Part shown: positions 14,143 through 26,380 of the stretch, in pieces
Layout of the letters: every line of letters starts with the position of its first letter
Numbering within the stretch: the first letter of the stretch is position 1
The notes under the pieces: generated by a model
What the model was told of the DNA's origin: nothing
Databases searched by the model: none
What the model saw: the letters and a program-made list of their open reading frames with translations, nothing else
Origin: Eledone cirrhosa
Lineage: Eukaryota
Direction of reading: 5' to 3'
NCBI GenBank assembly: GCA_964016885.1
Contig: OZ024740.1
Span: 381,796,001 to 381,860,000 of the forward strand
DNA length: 64,000 nucleotides
Program-made: the position numbers and the translations under genes

Positions 14143-14531
14143 ACAATATAAACAGTCTTATAAATAGATAGATTTGACATACCTTACAACTTCAACTTCC
14201 ATTTAAAAAGTTGATTTGGTAGTGAAAAATGTTAAGGACAGTTATAAAAAGAAAGAAAGAAAGAAAGCGAAGCAAAAGAAGAAATGCATGCAACGAAAAA
14301 CAGAGAGAGATAGATATAGAGAGATAGATAGAGAGAAGAAATTCATGTAAAGAAAAAACAGAGAGAGATAGATAGAGAGAGAAAAAAGACAGAGGGAGAT
14401 AGATAGAGAGAGAGAGAGAGAGAGAGTAGAGAGAGAGAGAAAAATAGAGAGAGATAGATAGAGATAGAGAGAAAGAAAATAGGTAGTTGGGCACCAACTA
14501 TCCCTATCTATATCTATCTCTCTCTATTTTT

Positions 14532-14563
<32 letters not shown>

Positions 14564-14822
14564 TTTCTCTCTCTCTCTTCTTTCTCTCTCTATCTGTCTC
14601 TCTCTGTTTTTTCTTTACATGAATTTCTTCTCTCTATCTATCTCTCTATATCTATCTCTCTCTGTTTTTCGTTGCATGCATTTCTTCTTTTTCTTCGCTT
14701 TCTTTCTTTCTTTCTTTTTATAACTGTCCCTAACATTTTTCACTACCAAATCAACTTTTTAAATGGAAGTTGAAGTTGTAAGGTATGTCAAATCTATCTA
14801 TTTATAAGACTGTTTATATTGT

Positions 14823-14886
14823 ATTTTGTCTGATGAAGGCATACCATATTTTTAATATGATATCCCTGAAATATATATAATGAAAT
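14823..14886 (+). ncRNA. Type I hammerhead ribozyme, family B
   Basis: attttgt ctgatga aggcataccatatttttaatatgatatccct gaaa tatata ta atgaaat; short palindromic stem III as in dimer-forming PLE HHRs. Confidence 0.78.
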
Positions 14887-15087
14887 AAATATGGTTTTAT
14901 AAATATAGTTTCCATTTATTTAATATCGTATATAAATATATATATATATATATATTCAAAAGTTTTATTTAAAATTGTTGGGTTACAACAAGTAAATATT
15001 TTATAACCGATATAAAGCACTCGACAAGTTTTTCGAGTAGATATACGATATTAAACAAATGGAAACTATATTTATAAAACCATATTT

Positions 15088-15151
15088 ATTTCATTATACA
15101 TATTTCAGGGATACCATATTAAAAATATGGCATGCCTTCGTCAGATAAAAT
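15088..15151 (-). ncRNA. Type I hammerhead ribozyme, family B
   Basis: Minus strand: attttat ctgacga aggcatgccatatttttaatatggtatccct gaaa tatgta ta atgaaat. Confidence 0.75.
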
Positions 15152-16341
15152 ACAATATATAAACAGTTTTATAAATAATTTTGATGTACCATAAATATAA
15201 GCGACCATTAAGATAGGAGGCCATATGTATTAACATGCATATAGAAAGCTTACAGAGTCTATTTTATCTGTTCATGTGCCTGTATGTGTGCATAGAGATG
15301 CTGGAATACTCACGCAGATATCTTGTATATACATATATATATATATATATATATAGGTATAGTTCTGTATATGTTACAGATATGCATAATATTAAATACA
15401 TGAACGGTAATCATAGTTGTGAGGGCAGGAATATTAATCGTTTATTTTTTTTATGTATATATATAGTTAAATTTTTTATAACACAAGGAAACTTTTTTTT
15501 TTTTTTTTTATGACACAAGAAATTATAGAGTTGATCACGTAAAGTCATGTGTATGTCTATATTATCGACTAGAGCTAGACATAACTTTCTCTTTTTCTTT
15601 TTTTCAGAAAGTACATATACGTATATATATATTTACATATATATCTCCGCATTTTTATAAATAGGGTAATTTTTTGAAGGTTTATCTTAGATTTTGGTAC
15701 ATTGACCCCAGAATTTTAAACTAAACATATGGTCATTATTGAGCAAAGTTATTTTCTCACTTTATATATCTATGTCTCATTCATGAATATTGATATTTAC
15801 ATTCTATTACCCAGTTCATATGAATTGATAATTCAAATTGATATGACATGACGTAAAGATGTAACTGTATCCTCTCTCTAGATATATCTCTTTCTCCTCT
15901 CTCTTTATATATGATGAAGTTTTATGTATCTGTCGCTTTGATTTTGCCTCTCATATTTCTCTCTTATTTCTCTCTTGGTTTTCACCTCCCCCTATATAAT
16001 TATATTTTCTCTCCCTCTTTCTTTTCCTCCCACCTCTCCCTCTCTCTGTTTTCTCTTTATCTCAATTTTTTCTTTCTCTCTGTTTTCTCTCTAACTGTGC
16101 TTAACACTATAACTAAATAATTACTGTACTCTCTCTATATATAGTACTCCCTCTCTCTTTCTCTCTCCCCTATTTCTCTCTGTTTTTCTTTACATTCTTT
16201 CTCTCCGTCTTTTTTTCTAACTGTGCTTAACACTATAACTAAATAATTATAAACACTTCGCTACCAAGCCAGCCTCCTATCTTAATGGTCGCTTATATTT
16301 ATGGTACATCAAAATTATTTATAAAACTGTTTATATATTGT

Positions 16342-16405
16342 ATTTTATCTGACGAAGGCATGCCATACTTTTAATATGGTATCCCTGAAATATGTATAAT
16401 GAAAT
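16342..16405 (+). ncRNA. Type I hammerhead ribozyme, family B
   Basis: attttat ctgacga aggcatgccatacttttaatatggtatccct gaaa tatgta ta atgaaat. Confidence 0.75.
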
Positions 16406-16446
16406 AAATATGGTTTTATAAATATAGTTTCCATTTGTTTAATATC

Positions 16447-16497
<51 letters not shown>

Positions 16498-16504
<7 letters not shown>

Positions 16505-17204
16505 GTGAGGTTTTTTACAAAATGAAAAATAACCGAGGTGTCCTACACGAGTGAAAGTATAAAGAAAAAAAGATGAAATCGAAAATGCAACTGGATTCTT
16601 ATTTTTTTTTTAAATATATATATTTATTTGGTTCCTTTACCGGTTTCGCAGTTCTTCTGTTTTTCAAAAGTAGAGTTGAGATGGAGGGTCTGTGGTTTTT
16701 CTCACATCTGGTTGGTCTCTGAATGTTACTTGTTTTATATGGAAAAAGTAGATCTAAATGCCAGGTTTTTCGAGAAGTAATTTGATTGGTTGGTCAATAA
16801 TTATAATAAATTTCGCGCCAGTTCGCGTTACAATAGTTCTTCAAATAAGAGGGGGGGGGGGCACAGGTTGTTTTTTCATATATGAGTGTTTGAATTTCTT
16901 TTTACTTGAAAAAAGGGGCTCACGAAGGCTTTTTTTTTAAATAAGCGTAATTTGATTGGTTATAAATAAAATTATGGCTGTCACGTGAACAAGTTTTCAT
17001 TAAATTTTCGCGCCTTATTTGGAAATCCATTCTGTAGCCTTTTTAGAGAATTTTATGATAAGTAAAAGATAATGGTCAAGAGAAATGGGATGGGAGAATT
17101 GTTCTGGTTCAGTGAATATGGTTAGTTCGCTGGGGTGTCAGAATTCAGATTTTCTATTGAATAAAGAATGTAAAGATATGTATGATTATTTGTGTGCGTC
17201 TGTG

Positions 17205-17274
<70 letters not shown>

Positions 17275-17345
17275 GTGTGTGTGTGTTTGAATTTCTTTTT
17301 ACTTAAAAAAAAGGTGGCTCACGAAGGCTTTTTTTTAATAAACGT
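16498..17345 (-). mobile_element. 3' terminal (pLTR) fragment of the PLE family at 60030-62305
   Basis: Extensive identity with 60030-60850; starts at a (TA)n tract. Confidence 0.85.
16634..16670 (-). ncRNA. Minimal hammerhead, U3-A8 variant
   Basis: Minus strand: ctt ttgaaaa acag aagaa ctgc gaaa ccgg ta aag. Confidence 0.55.
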
Positions 17346-17694
17346 AATATATATATATATATGCACACACACACAAGGGTGTTCTACAGGTTTCAAGTAC
17401 TGTGTATTCTGTGTGTATATGCGCACCTGAATATATATGTTGGTGTGGTTGCAGCGTTCGAAGTTGTATAAAACTAGAAATGTGTTACTCCTTTGATATT
17501 TGATACGTGCAATGTCCCTTCAACTGGCTGTCAGAGATACAATGAACCATTGTTTGGCCTATTGGAAATCCATAACCTTCGACACAATTCCACATCAATT
17601 GCGATATAATATAAATTATAAAAGTAACAATACACTGGTACATACATTCAGACATATGTATTTTTATGCACACACATACACACACACACACAAA

Positions 17695-17800
<106 letters not shown>

Positions 17801-18054
17801 TATATATGTGTATATATAAATGGTGGGGTGTATGCATGTCTGAATATATATATATATATATATAAATGCAAGTCTGAAGAAATGTTAGATAAGATATATG
17901 CAATATTTCTTCTCCCATTCCGTATATATATATATATATATATATCACCATCAGTTTTCCAAGAGATGTCAACATGAATGGACCAGTTATTTATATCCTA
18001 AGACATTTTTTTCCAATTCCAACCCAATTTCAATCTATCTTATCTCTCATTCTT

Positions 18055-18090
18055 TCTTCTGATGAAGGACTAGCGTCCGAAGCGTGAAGA
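18055..18090 (+). ncRNA. Degenerate minimal hammerhead in a PLE-type terminus (~17950-18175)
   Basis: tctt ctgatga a ggac tagc gtcc gaag cg tg aaga; GAAA and cleavage triplet mutated; homologous to 39104-39143. Confidence 0.55.
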
Positions 18091-18174
18091 CTTCCTGCTA
18101 TTTCAAGCGTTAACCTAATATATTCCTACCATATACTGTACCGCCTGTGTTGTTATTTCTGTTTAAGTTTTGCA

Positions 18175-18273
<99 letters not shown>

Positions 18274-18319
18274 AGAGAGAGAGAGAGAGATATTGTTATA
18301 CTTTGGGAGGGTCATGTTG

Positions 18320-18359
<40 letters not shown>

Positions 18360-18762
18360 ACAGTATATAGAGACAAAGTACACACAAGAGGTATGTGTTC
18401 AATTATAGGGGAAAGAATACCACCTGAGTGAAAACCATATTGTCTACGAAAGGGATGAAGAATACATATCAATTGAAAGAATAAATTAAAATGCACAAAC
18501 CAACCTTGAACATTTCGTCGTCGATATATATTCTTTCCCTTCAACGATATATAATCGTAAGCAACAACAGACACACTAAAACAATAGACACCCAAAATAA
18601 AACATAGCCTGTTGTATATATACATTTCATATGTGTAAGTGGTGAAACTCAAGAGTAACATGGCCCTCCGCCTAACATAATAAATGAATATTTAAAGTCT
18701 ACTTCGATATTCAGCATTCAAATTCGTAAATAATACCTGCATACATACATACACACACAAAC

Positions 18763-18849
<87 letters not shown>

Positions 18850-20520
18850 TATATGTATGATGTGTGTGCTCATGTATGTATATATATATGCTATGGTGAC
18901 AATCACCCTTCATCTCTATACGGATATTACCAAGTACAAATATGTAAAATACTATAACATATATTGCGCAGATTATGTAAGACAACACACATGATGCTCA
19001 GTTAGGCAAAATGTGCCAAGTGAATCTCGAAGGAAAAAATCATGCAAATAATATAGAAATGTAGAAATAGTGAAGAAAAAGTTTAAACAAGAGCTTGCCT
19101 TTCAAGTAATTGGGTAGTTCACAAAGCAACACACAAAAATGAAAGACTTATTATCTTAATTCTAAAATATGGATAATTCCAAGTAAAATGTAATTGGTAT
19201 TAATAATTTGGCTATTGCAGTAAGAAGATACAGTTATATTGTTCTCAAATGCTAATGAATAGAATTAGCAAGAAAAGATTACAAAAGCAGAAAAGATATA
19301 ATGACGTGATTTATAATGCATTAGGGAAAAGCCGACAAAAGAAGGTGTACTTATCATAAATACAGTCAGCTGCATAACTTCTGCAACTAGAAAATTATTA
19401 TCAAAAGTGTATATTGACGAATAAAGTGATACTAGCATATATAAAAAAAGATGCTACAAACCAGCATCAAAAATAGCAAAAATAAAATCGTTAATACTCG
19501 AATGTGTGGACAGGGGAAAATTAAAAACTAATAAAAATCGGGAGCCACAAAAGATCGTGCTATTAAAACTGACGAGAAAGGCTCTGAGATACGGAAGCAC
19601 TTAATGTGTTAATGTCTTACGCACATTATTTCGATGTATGAAGTAGATTACAGTACATTTAGTTATTTAGCACACTGTTATCGTGATTAAAAATGCATAT
19701 CTTCATAAATATCACAACCACAACAATCATATATTACATAAAAACTTACATGTAGGAAAATAAATTAGCAATGTCTTAACTATCGTTACAATGTTAAGGA
19801 GGCAAACGTAATAAAACAAAAAATGTGGCTGAATAAATCGAAACATTAGCAGTAAAGAAAAAGTGGGAAATTATTTGTGCGCGTGTGCTTAAATGTGTGT
19901 GTGTATGATGTGATTTGAATACACAACATATCAAAATAAGAAGTATGTTGATCACCATAATTTATTCGATATTAATAAACATGATTAAATATACACCATC
20001 TACCAATTGATATTTGAAATATAGGGGATGCGAATATTATGATATTAAATGTTGATATCAAATTCGGTATATACACAAAAAATTATGAGAAAATTAATCG
20101 AAATCAGTACACGTGCAACCTTAGAAATATGAAAAGAAAACATTGCGTGTATGTTATTCTACCCTTAGAAGTACACTGGATGAAACATCAGATTATACCG
20201 CATTACACAGCTCATAGATATAATCTTACTCTTACAATCCAATCTAATGCTGATGTCACCTCTATATATTAATAATATACCTCATTATGTACTATGTTAT
20301 AATAGTCACATTCATAACAATTCTTATATGAAGTCTATACACTGTGTATGTATGGTTCTTTAACTCATATGAAAGTCGTAGGTGCACCATATTGACACAG
20401 GGAGTTTTGGTGGCAATTTTAGCCTGAGGTAGCCCATCCCTCTCCAGGCCTGAGAACAGCAGAATTATTCCAGCGAAAGATAGAAAGTGAGAGAGAGGAA
20501 AACGAAAAAGTGATATAGAG

Positions 20521-20676
20521 GAAAAATCGACCCTAGTACTAGATTACTACTTTTTTTATCGATCTCGAAAGGATGAAACGCAAAGTTGACCTCGGTGGGA
20601 TCTGATTTCAGAGAGCCGGAACGAATGCCATAACGCATTCTATCGGGTGTTCTAACGACTCTGTCAATTCACCACC
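20521..20676 (-). mobile_element. Diverged tRNA-derived SINE
   Basis: ttttatcgatctcgaaaggatgaaacgcaaagttgacctcggtgggat matches the SINE central domain. Confidence 0.75.
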
Positions 20677-21374
20677 TATACTCTGTGGACATGTCCTTAA
20701 TTCAGTGCAGGTTTATGTATTGATCACCCCAAAACGCCTCTTTCAATATACTGATTTTATTTAACATCAGAATTAGCCCAATCACACGCAATTCAGATTT
20801 TATATTTTATCATAATAGATATAAAGACATTAGAACTAACATATGTAGAAATGTTAGTGAATCACAACCTACAACAATAGACAAATAAATAAGTAGACAT
20901 TAGTATAAAAATTAATACACTTTAAGAATTTGCATATCGTGAAAAGACCCCCAAGTAAATATAATATTGCTTAATACATTTTCATTATAGGGAGTCGAAA
21001 AATAATTCTATAATATACAGACGTTTGGACTAGATATTCCTGTCTATCTGAGGAAAGAAGACGAAAATGTTTAATCAACAAGCAACAGGAATCTGAAGTG
21101 TGATCTAGAAACAATTTACATATTAAGTAGTTGATGGAGATAGAAAAGGAAAATGAATGAATGCTTTTCAACACACACCAGTATAATAAGTATATTTAAT
21201 AGAAATAGGTCATAGTGGGAAAAACTCTTAAATATTTTTCGAGATCGGAGTAATACTAGCAAAATGTCAAGAAAATAGATAAGAATATCAGTAGGATATA
21301 ATCCATTGAGCTTCATATATATATATATATGTATGTGCGTGTATGTATACATATATATATATATATATATATAT

Positions 21375-21572
21375 AACGGAGGAAATGTGGTAAGGAACCA
21401 GGTGGACCATAACGCACCAAAGTACTCAATACTTAGGGTAGTAGAGTGGGTAATAGGAACGAGTAGGACCCCGACGGCTGAGCTCAAGCCGTTTCAACGG
21501 CTAATTCTGGACTAAAAAAAAAAAATTAGCCGTCGAAACAGCTTGAGCTCAGCCGTCGGGGTCCTACTAGTT

Positions 21573-21576
<4 letters not shown>
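21375..21576. mobile_element. 200-bp PLE-type fold-back insertion in (TA)n
   Basis: 53-bp inverted repeat 21454-21506 / 21524-21576; left arm has about 80 extra nt sharing gtactcaatac with family A; related tail-only piece at 56070-56115. Confidence 0.7.
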
Positions 21577-21611
<35 letters not shown>

Positions 21612-21753
21612 AGTTTATGTTGGTTGTATACCAATACCTCAGTATGCAGCCTGGAGCACTCGACGAAGTGCGCAGGTTGGTTTGGTTACTCCGGAGTAGT
21701 GTAAAATAAAGTTAAATAAAAATTAAAATGATAAAAATTTAGCTTCGTTTATT

Positions 21754-21808
21754 ACTGCTGTATATATTTCAGTGACAGCCATCTTTGGCTTTGACCTCTT
21801 CAGGCAGT
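21754..21808 (-). ncRNA. Type I hammerhead in left pLTR (U16.1 changed to C)
   Basis: Minus strand: actgc ctgaaga ggtcaaagcc aaagat ggctgtcact gaaa tatata c a gcagt. Confidence 0.7.
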
Positions 21809-22062
21809 TTGAATTAGTATGGTGTAGACAAGTATATATGTTGTTGAGGTGTATAATATTGTCAATACTCTGATATGCCCAGTTCCTGGTTGGGTTGTTA
21901 TTTCACTGAGGAACTGGAATCATATGAATTCAAACAAACGAATTTCAGTGTCAAAGGTCCTCTACTCCTCTCATTGGTCAGTTATTAGAACATTCCTCAT
22001 TCTAAGTGTTGTTATTGTTGGAGTTAGCTTTAAAAAAATGATAAAATGGTAGAAGGGACAAG

Positions 22063-23436
22063 GTGTTAAAGAACGAAATAACAAAAAAAGTGTCAAACTT
22101 CCCATTGGTCAGTTCTGAGAGCATTCTTCAGTCAGAAGTCTATAGAATTCTTTTTGGGGTGAGGCTCCCTGTAGTGTTTTGTTTGCTATTGTTAAGTACA
22201 TTTGACCTCTACCATTATTTTGGTAGTGTTGTTGGTGTTGTGGTCAGGGGAGGACGAACCCTAACAATACAGGCAGAGCAGAATCAAATAGGCACCATGT
22301 GCCCGACACCACCACACGGGCGGTGGGGGACTAGTGCGCTTGACCACGAGATGGCGCACAATATGAGTAGCAGTCTCAGGCGTGACGCTAACCACCCCAG
22401 GACAGACGACCCCAACCGCAGGACACGTAGGGGGAGGGGGCGACCACCCCACCATGGATCTCCCGGGGCGGACAACGACCACCCCACAAATTCGGGCCGC
22501 GAAGATAAAAAAAAGCATAGAGTCCAAAGGGGAAGCAACAGTGCGCAAACCACCAGCAACCCAACAAATCTCCAACAAATCACGACGCCCCCGACCCACA
22601 CATATAGGAGGAGACACCGAAAAATCACGTGGTACAACCCACCCTACTCAGCGGCCCTAAAGAAAAGCTTGGCCCGATTATTCTTTGGAGCACTTGACAA
22701 ATGCTTCTCGAGGGACCACATATACCACAGGATCTTCAACAGACACACTGTGAAGCACTCGTATTCCACCACGAGAAATTTGGCCCAACACATAGCTAGC
22801 ATCAACAGAAGTAGGCTTAAAAACCACACACAACCAGAAGATGGCAATACAAACACTCAGCAGAACCATGTTAAAGGAGGGAAGGGGGGACCCAGAGCCC
22901 ACCCAAGAAACCCCAAAAGACCCGAGGACCTCCCACCGAGCCCGGGGGAAGACCAACATGTAACACATAACGGGAACCCTAATCTAGGCACGCAGAGGCC
23001 GACCACCCTCTGCAACTGCAGAAACCCCGAATCATGCCCCCTTTGTAATGAATGCCTGAAGAAGAACCTAGTATACGGTTGTAGGGTTAAAACCCCCAAC
23101 TCCGAACACCTCTACATAGGAGCCACATCAACGAGCTTTAAAGACTGCTGGTACAACCATCGCCATTCATTCAAGAAGGAGGCCAAAAGGAAAAGCACAG
23201 CTCTCTCCGACTTGATCTGGAAGCTTAAGCTGGGCAGGACCCCATACTCTCTGGCCTGGTACATAATCAGGAAAGTACCACCCGATAAAGGGGGATCTTG
23301 CATATGCAAACTATGCCTGAACGAGACCCTCGAGATACTAAAAGGTGGAAGCGGCCTGATAAACCTCAGAACCGACTTCTTCGGGACATGCAGACACCTT
23401 AGAGCCGGGACTTTTCTCAAGATATATGGAAAGTAG
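22063..23436 (+). CDS. PLE linker plus GIY-YIG endonuclease ORF; the first ~35-65 codons are read-through from the inverted pLTR, first ATG near 22297
   Basis: RKITWYNPPYS, HRIFNRHTVKHSYS, CNCRNPESCPL..ECL, LVY...LYIG.T...FK..WYNHRHSF, CKLCLNE; no stop codons; no RT core motifs. Confidence 0.8.
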   Translation: MLKNEITKKVSNFPLVSSESILQSEVYRILFGVRLPVVFCLLLLSTFDLYHYFGSVVGVVVRGGRTLTIQAEQNQIGTMCPTPPHGRWGTSALDHEMAHNMSSSLRRDANHPRTDDPNRRTRRGRGRPPHHGSPGADNDHPTNSGREDKKKHRVQRGSNSAQTTSNPTNLQQITTPPTHTYRRRHRKITWYNPPYSAALKKSLARLFFGALDKCFSRDHIYHRIFNRHTVKHSYSTTRNLAQHIASINRSRLKNHTQPEDGNTNTQQNHVKGGKGGPRAHPRNPKRPEDLPPSPGEDQHVTHNGNPNLGTQRPTTLCNCRNPESCPLCNECLKKNLVYGCRVKTPNSEHLYIGATSTSFKDCWYNHRHSFKKEAKRKSTALSDLIWKLKLGRTPYSLAWYIIRKVPPDKGGSCICKLCLNETLEILKGGSGLINLRTDFFGTCRHLRAGTFLKIYGK

Positions 23437-24541
23437 CAACACAAGAAGATGTGAACTCCCCTCAAGCTATAGAGACTTCTAAAGAACATGAAAACACCTC
23501 TCGGCCAGACCTCCCTCAAGCTATATGGGCAGTAATAACACCCTAGGTTGTGAACTCCCCTCAAACCATAGGGAACAACCCAGGCTGAGCAGACACCATG
23601 ATAGCCTAGAGATAGAATCGGACACAGCCATTATAATTTGGCCAACATCTATATAACACAAACACTTTTTAATTTACTAGATTTCTGATTTTCAAGTTCC
23701 AATTTTAAATCTTGATTTCTCTTTATTAATTTGTTATTTGTTTTCTGCCCTCTTCACTGAATCACCTTATATTTATTTTTAAGTTTAGATTGATTATAAC
23801 ACAAACACATTTAGTTTGATTATCTTATCTTAACATCTTGTCCTCATACCAATCTATCCAACATATTTCTTACCTTGAGATTGGTTATAGCACACATACA
23901 CTTTATCCTTCATTATTTTTCACTTCTCCATATTCATTTTCATTACTTTCTCACCAATTTTTCATTTATTCTTTATTCTCTATTTATTTATTTATTTTCA
24001 AATTATACAAATTATATTAATTATTTTATTATATTATTCATTTATGTTCTGTTTTCTTCATTTATTGCCTTATATTTCTTCATATATATGGACCCTCCCC
24101 CCAACTATGAGAGATGGTGGCAGGAGGGATGAAGAAAAAACACACACTGGATACTTCTAAATTGTTAGCAGCAGCAAGAAATAAGCTCACCCTAGAAAGA
24201 ATTTTATAGACTTCTGACTGAGGAATGCTCTCAGAACTGACCAATGGGAAGTTTGACACTTTTTTTGTTATTTTGTTCCTTTAATACCTTGTCCCTTCTA
24301 CCATTTTATCAATTTTTTAAAGCTAACTCTAACAATAACAACACTTAGAATGAGGAATGTTCTAATAACTGACCAATGAGAGGAGTAGAGGACCTTTGAC
24401 ACTGAAATTCGTTTGTTTGAATTCATATGATTCTAGTTCCTCAGTGAAATAACAACCCAACCAGGAACTGGGCATATCAGAGTATTGACAATATTATACA
24501 CCTCAACAACATATATACTTGTCTATACCATACTAATTCAA

Positions 24542-24595
24542 ACTGCCAGAAGAGGTCACAGCCAAAGATGGCTGTCACTGAAATAAATATAGAGT
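24542..24595 (+). ncRNA. Type I hammerhead in right pLTR (core CUGA changed to CAGA)
   Basis: actgc cagaaga ggtcacagcc aaagat ggctgtcact gaaa taaata ta gagt. Confidence 0.6.
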
Positions 24596-25179
24596 AATAA
24601 ACGAAGCTAAATTTTAATCATTTGACTTTTTATTTAACTTTATATATATATATGTGTGTGTGTATGTGTGTGTGTGTGTGTAAGTATGCACACGCACACA
24701 CACATATACATATATATACATATACATATGTACGTATGGGTTATAGCGAACGTTAAGAATAATGTTCGAATAGTTTGTAAACAAACGGTCCGATTTGAAG
24801 CTGTGCCGTGCCAGTGACCGATCGTCACCTGTTTGTTCAACACTGGCTTTGAGGAACAATCAACATGTTTCTAGGTCATTACTTTTCATCAAGACTGTGT
24901 AAATCTGCCAGTCTGTTGAACGGTTGAAAATATATAGTACACATCGACTGAGTAGCCTCATTTGAATACGGAGCGAGTTACGGCTGGCTTTGCCGAATAT
25001 TAAAAGTAAAATTAGAATTTTATTATTCTGAAATGTAAGTATTAATTTGCATATAATTAACGCCTGTGTTGGTAATTAATTAAGACATATATTAAGAAAT
25101 GCTTTGACAGCCGAATTGTAAATATCATGTTTTCAAATTATTGAGAAATTAACATTTTTTGGCATGTTGACATGCCTAC

Positions 25180-25235
<56 letters not shown>

Positions 25236-25238
<3 letters not shown>

Positions 25239-26205
25239 CTCTTGTTTTGCAGATGATGCGGCTCTTGTAGCTAATTCATTAGTGGGAGCACAAGAAGTTG
25301 TAAGCCGGCTTTCCTTTCCGGTAAAAGCGTTTGGCCTAACAATGTGTGTGAAAATGACAGATGTTATATACCAGCCAAACGCACACCTATCCATAACGTT
25401 ACCTAGGCTCCAAACAGTGCAACATCATATCTTGTGGACAACAAAACTCTAAATTATGTAAAATCCTTCCTATAGTTGGGAAGTAACATAGCACTTCTCT
25501 AGATAATGAAATAAATAAAATCGCCAGGGCTTGTGATACGTTGGGAAAGCAGCGAGCAAAAGTAGGGAATGAGAAAGGATGAGTTTGAAAACTAAAGCAT
25601 TTACCGTGTAGCTGTAGTCTCAACATTACTGTATGATTCTAGACATAAAACAGAAAACGTATCACACACGTTGTTATTTTCTACAAGAGATGTCTTAAAA
25701 TTATCTATGCATTCACACGGAAGGACAATGTCTCTAATGAATGATTGTTTGAAAAATATGATATGTTATAGGCAAAGCATAGAGACTTTCTTGATAATGT
25801 CTCAGTTAAGATGGCCCTGCAATGTTGCCAGGATCAGTGATGAAAGACTGTCAAAGATGCTCACACATGGTTAACTTCAGGCGGGTCCGCAAAATGTAGG
25901 AAAACCTCTTCTTAGATACGTGGATAAACTGAAGAATAATATCAAGCCTATGGGAATACAAGCAACAGTGTTTGGAGTATACGCTGTTGGGCGTAATAGG
26001 TAAAGGAAATCTGTTAAAATGGCATCAGGAGCCATGTCGACACAAGGTTTGAGCACCTAAAGGTTCTACGGCAAGGTGAAACGAAAGCAATTTGTGTTCA
26101 ACGTTTTGTGGGTGAAGAATGCGGTCTGGTTTGCAAAAACAAAGCAGATTTACTGATTCACAAAAGATACAAACACAACATTCGTCGATCACGTCAATAG
26201 ATTCC

Positions 26206-26208
<3 letters not shown>
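25236..26208 (+). mobile_element. Degenerate RTE LINE 3' part in (TA)n
   Basis: Begins DLL(F)ADDAALVA; later DNEINKIARA...GK and SQLRW..NVARISDERL.K; (TA)n at both ends. Confidence 0.85.
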
Positions 26209-26242
<34 letters not shown>

Positions 26243-26315
26243 ATAATTATAAATTTGAAGACTAAAATCCAAAGAGGTGTAAGCAGCGATTCTTTGCTTA
26301 AACTTTAATCTGTTA

Positions 26316-26380
<65 letters not shown>

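Larger units (their letters stand above)
13950..14930. mobile_element. Family B PLE-type fold-back: palindrome of about 900 bp with an HHR in each arm
   Basis: 14035-~14490 is a near-perfect reverse complement of ~14492-14930; centre tagttgg-gca-ccaacta; left arm carries about 85 extra nt; (TA)n flanks. Confidence 0.85.
14957..16448. mobile_element. Second family B PLE-type element with inverted termini
   Basis: ~15045-15221 is inverted at 16272-16448; left end carries the extra tail 14957-15044; about 1 kb non-coding interior; (TA)n flanks. Confidence 0.8.
21607..24642 (+). mobile_element. Penelope-like element (probably Naiad-type) with inverted pLTRs, no RT
   Basis: Inverted repeat of about 455 bp at 21707-22163 / 24186-24642 with an HHR in each copy; GIY-YIG ORF between them; (TA)n on both sides. 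Confidence 0.9.

Noticed and set aside
17480-17610. TFDTIPH resembling the RT motif KAFD.IPH
   Set aside because: Too short and degenerate to support a feature
22063-24180. Selenoprotein (UGA/SECIS) version of the Naiad-like ORF
   Set aside because: No in-frame UGA in the ORF and no SECIS identifiable by eye
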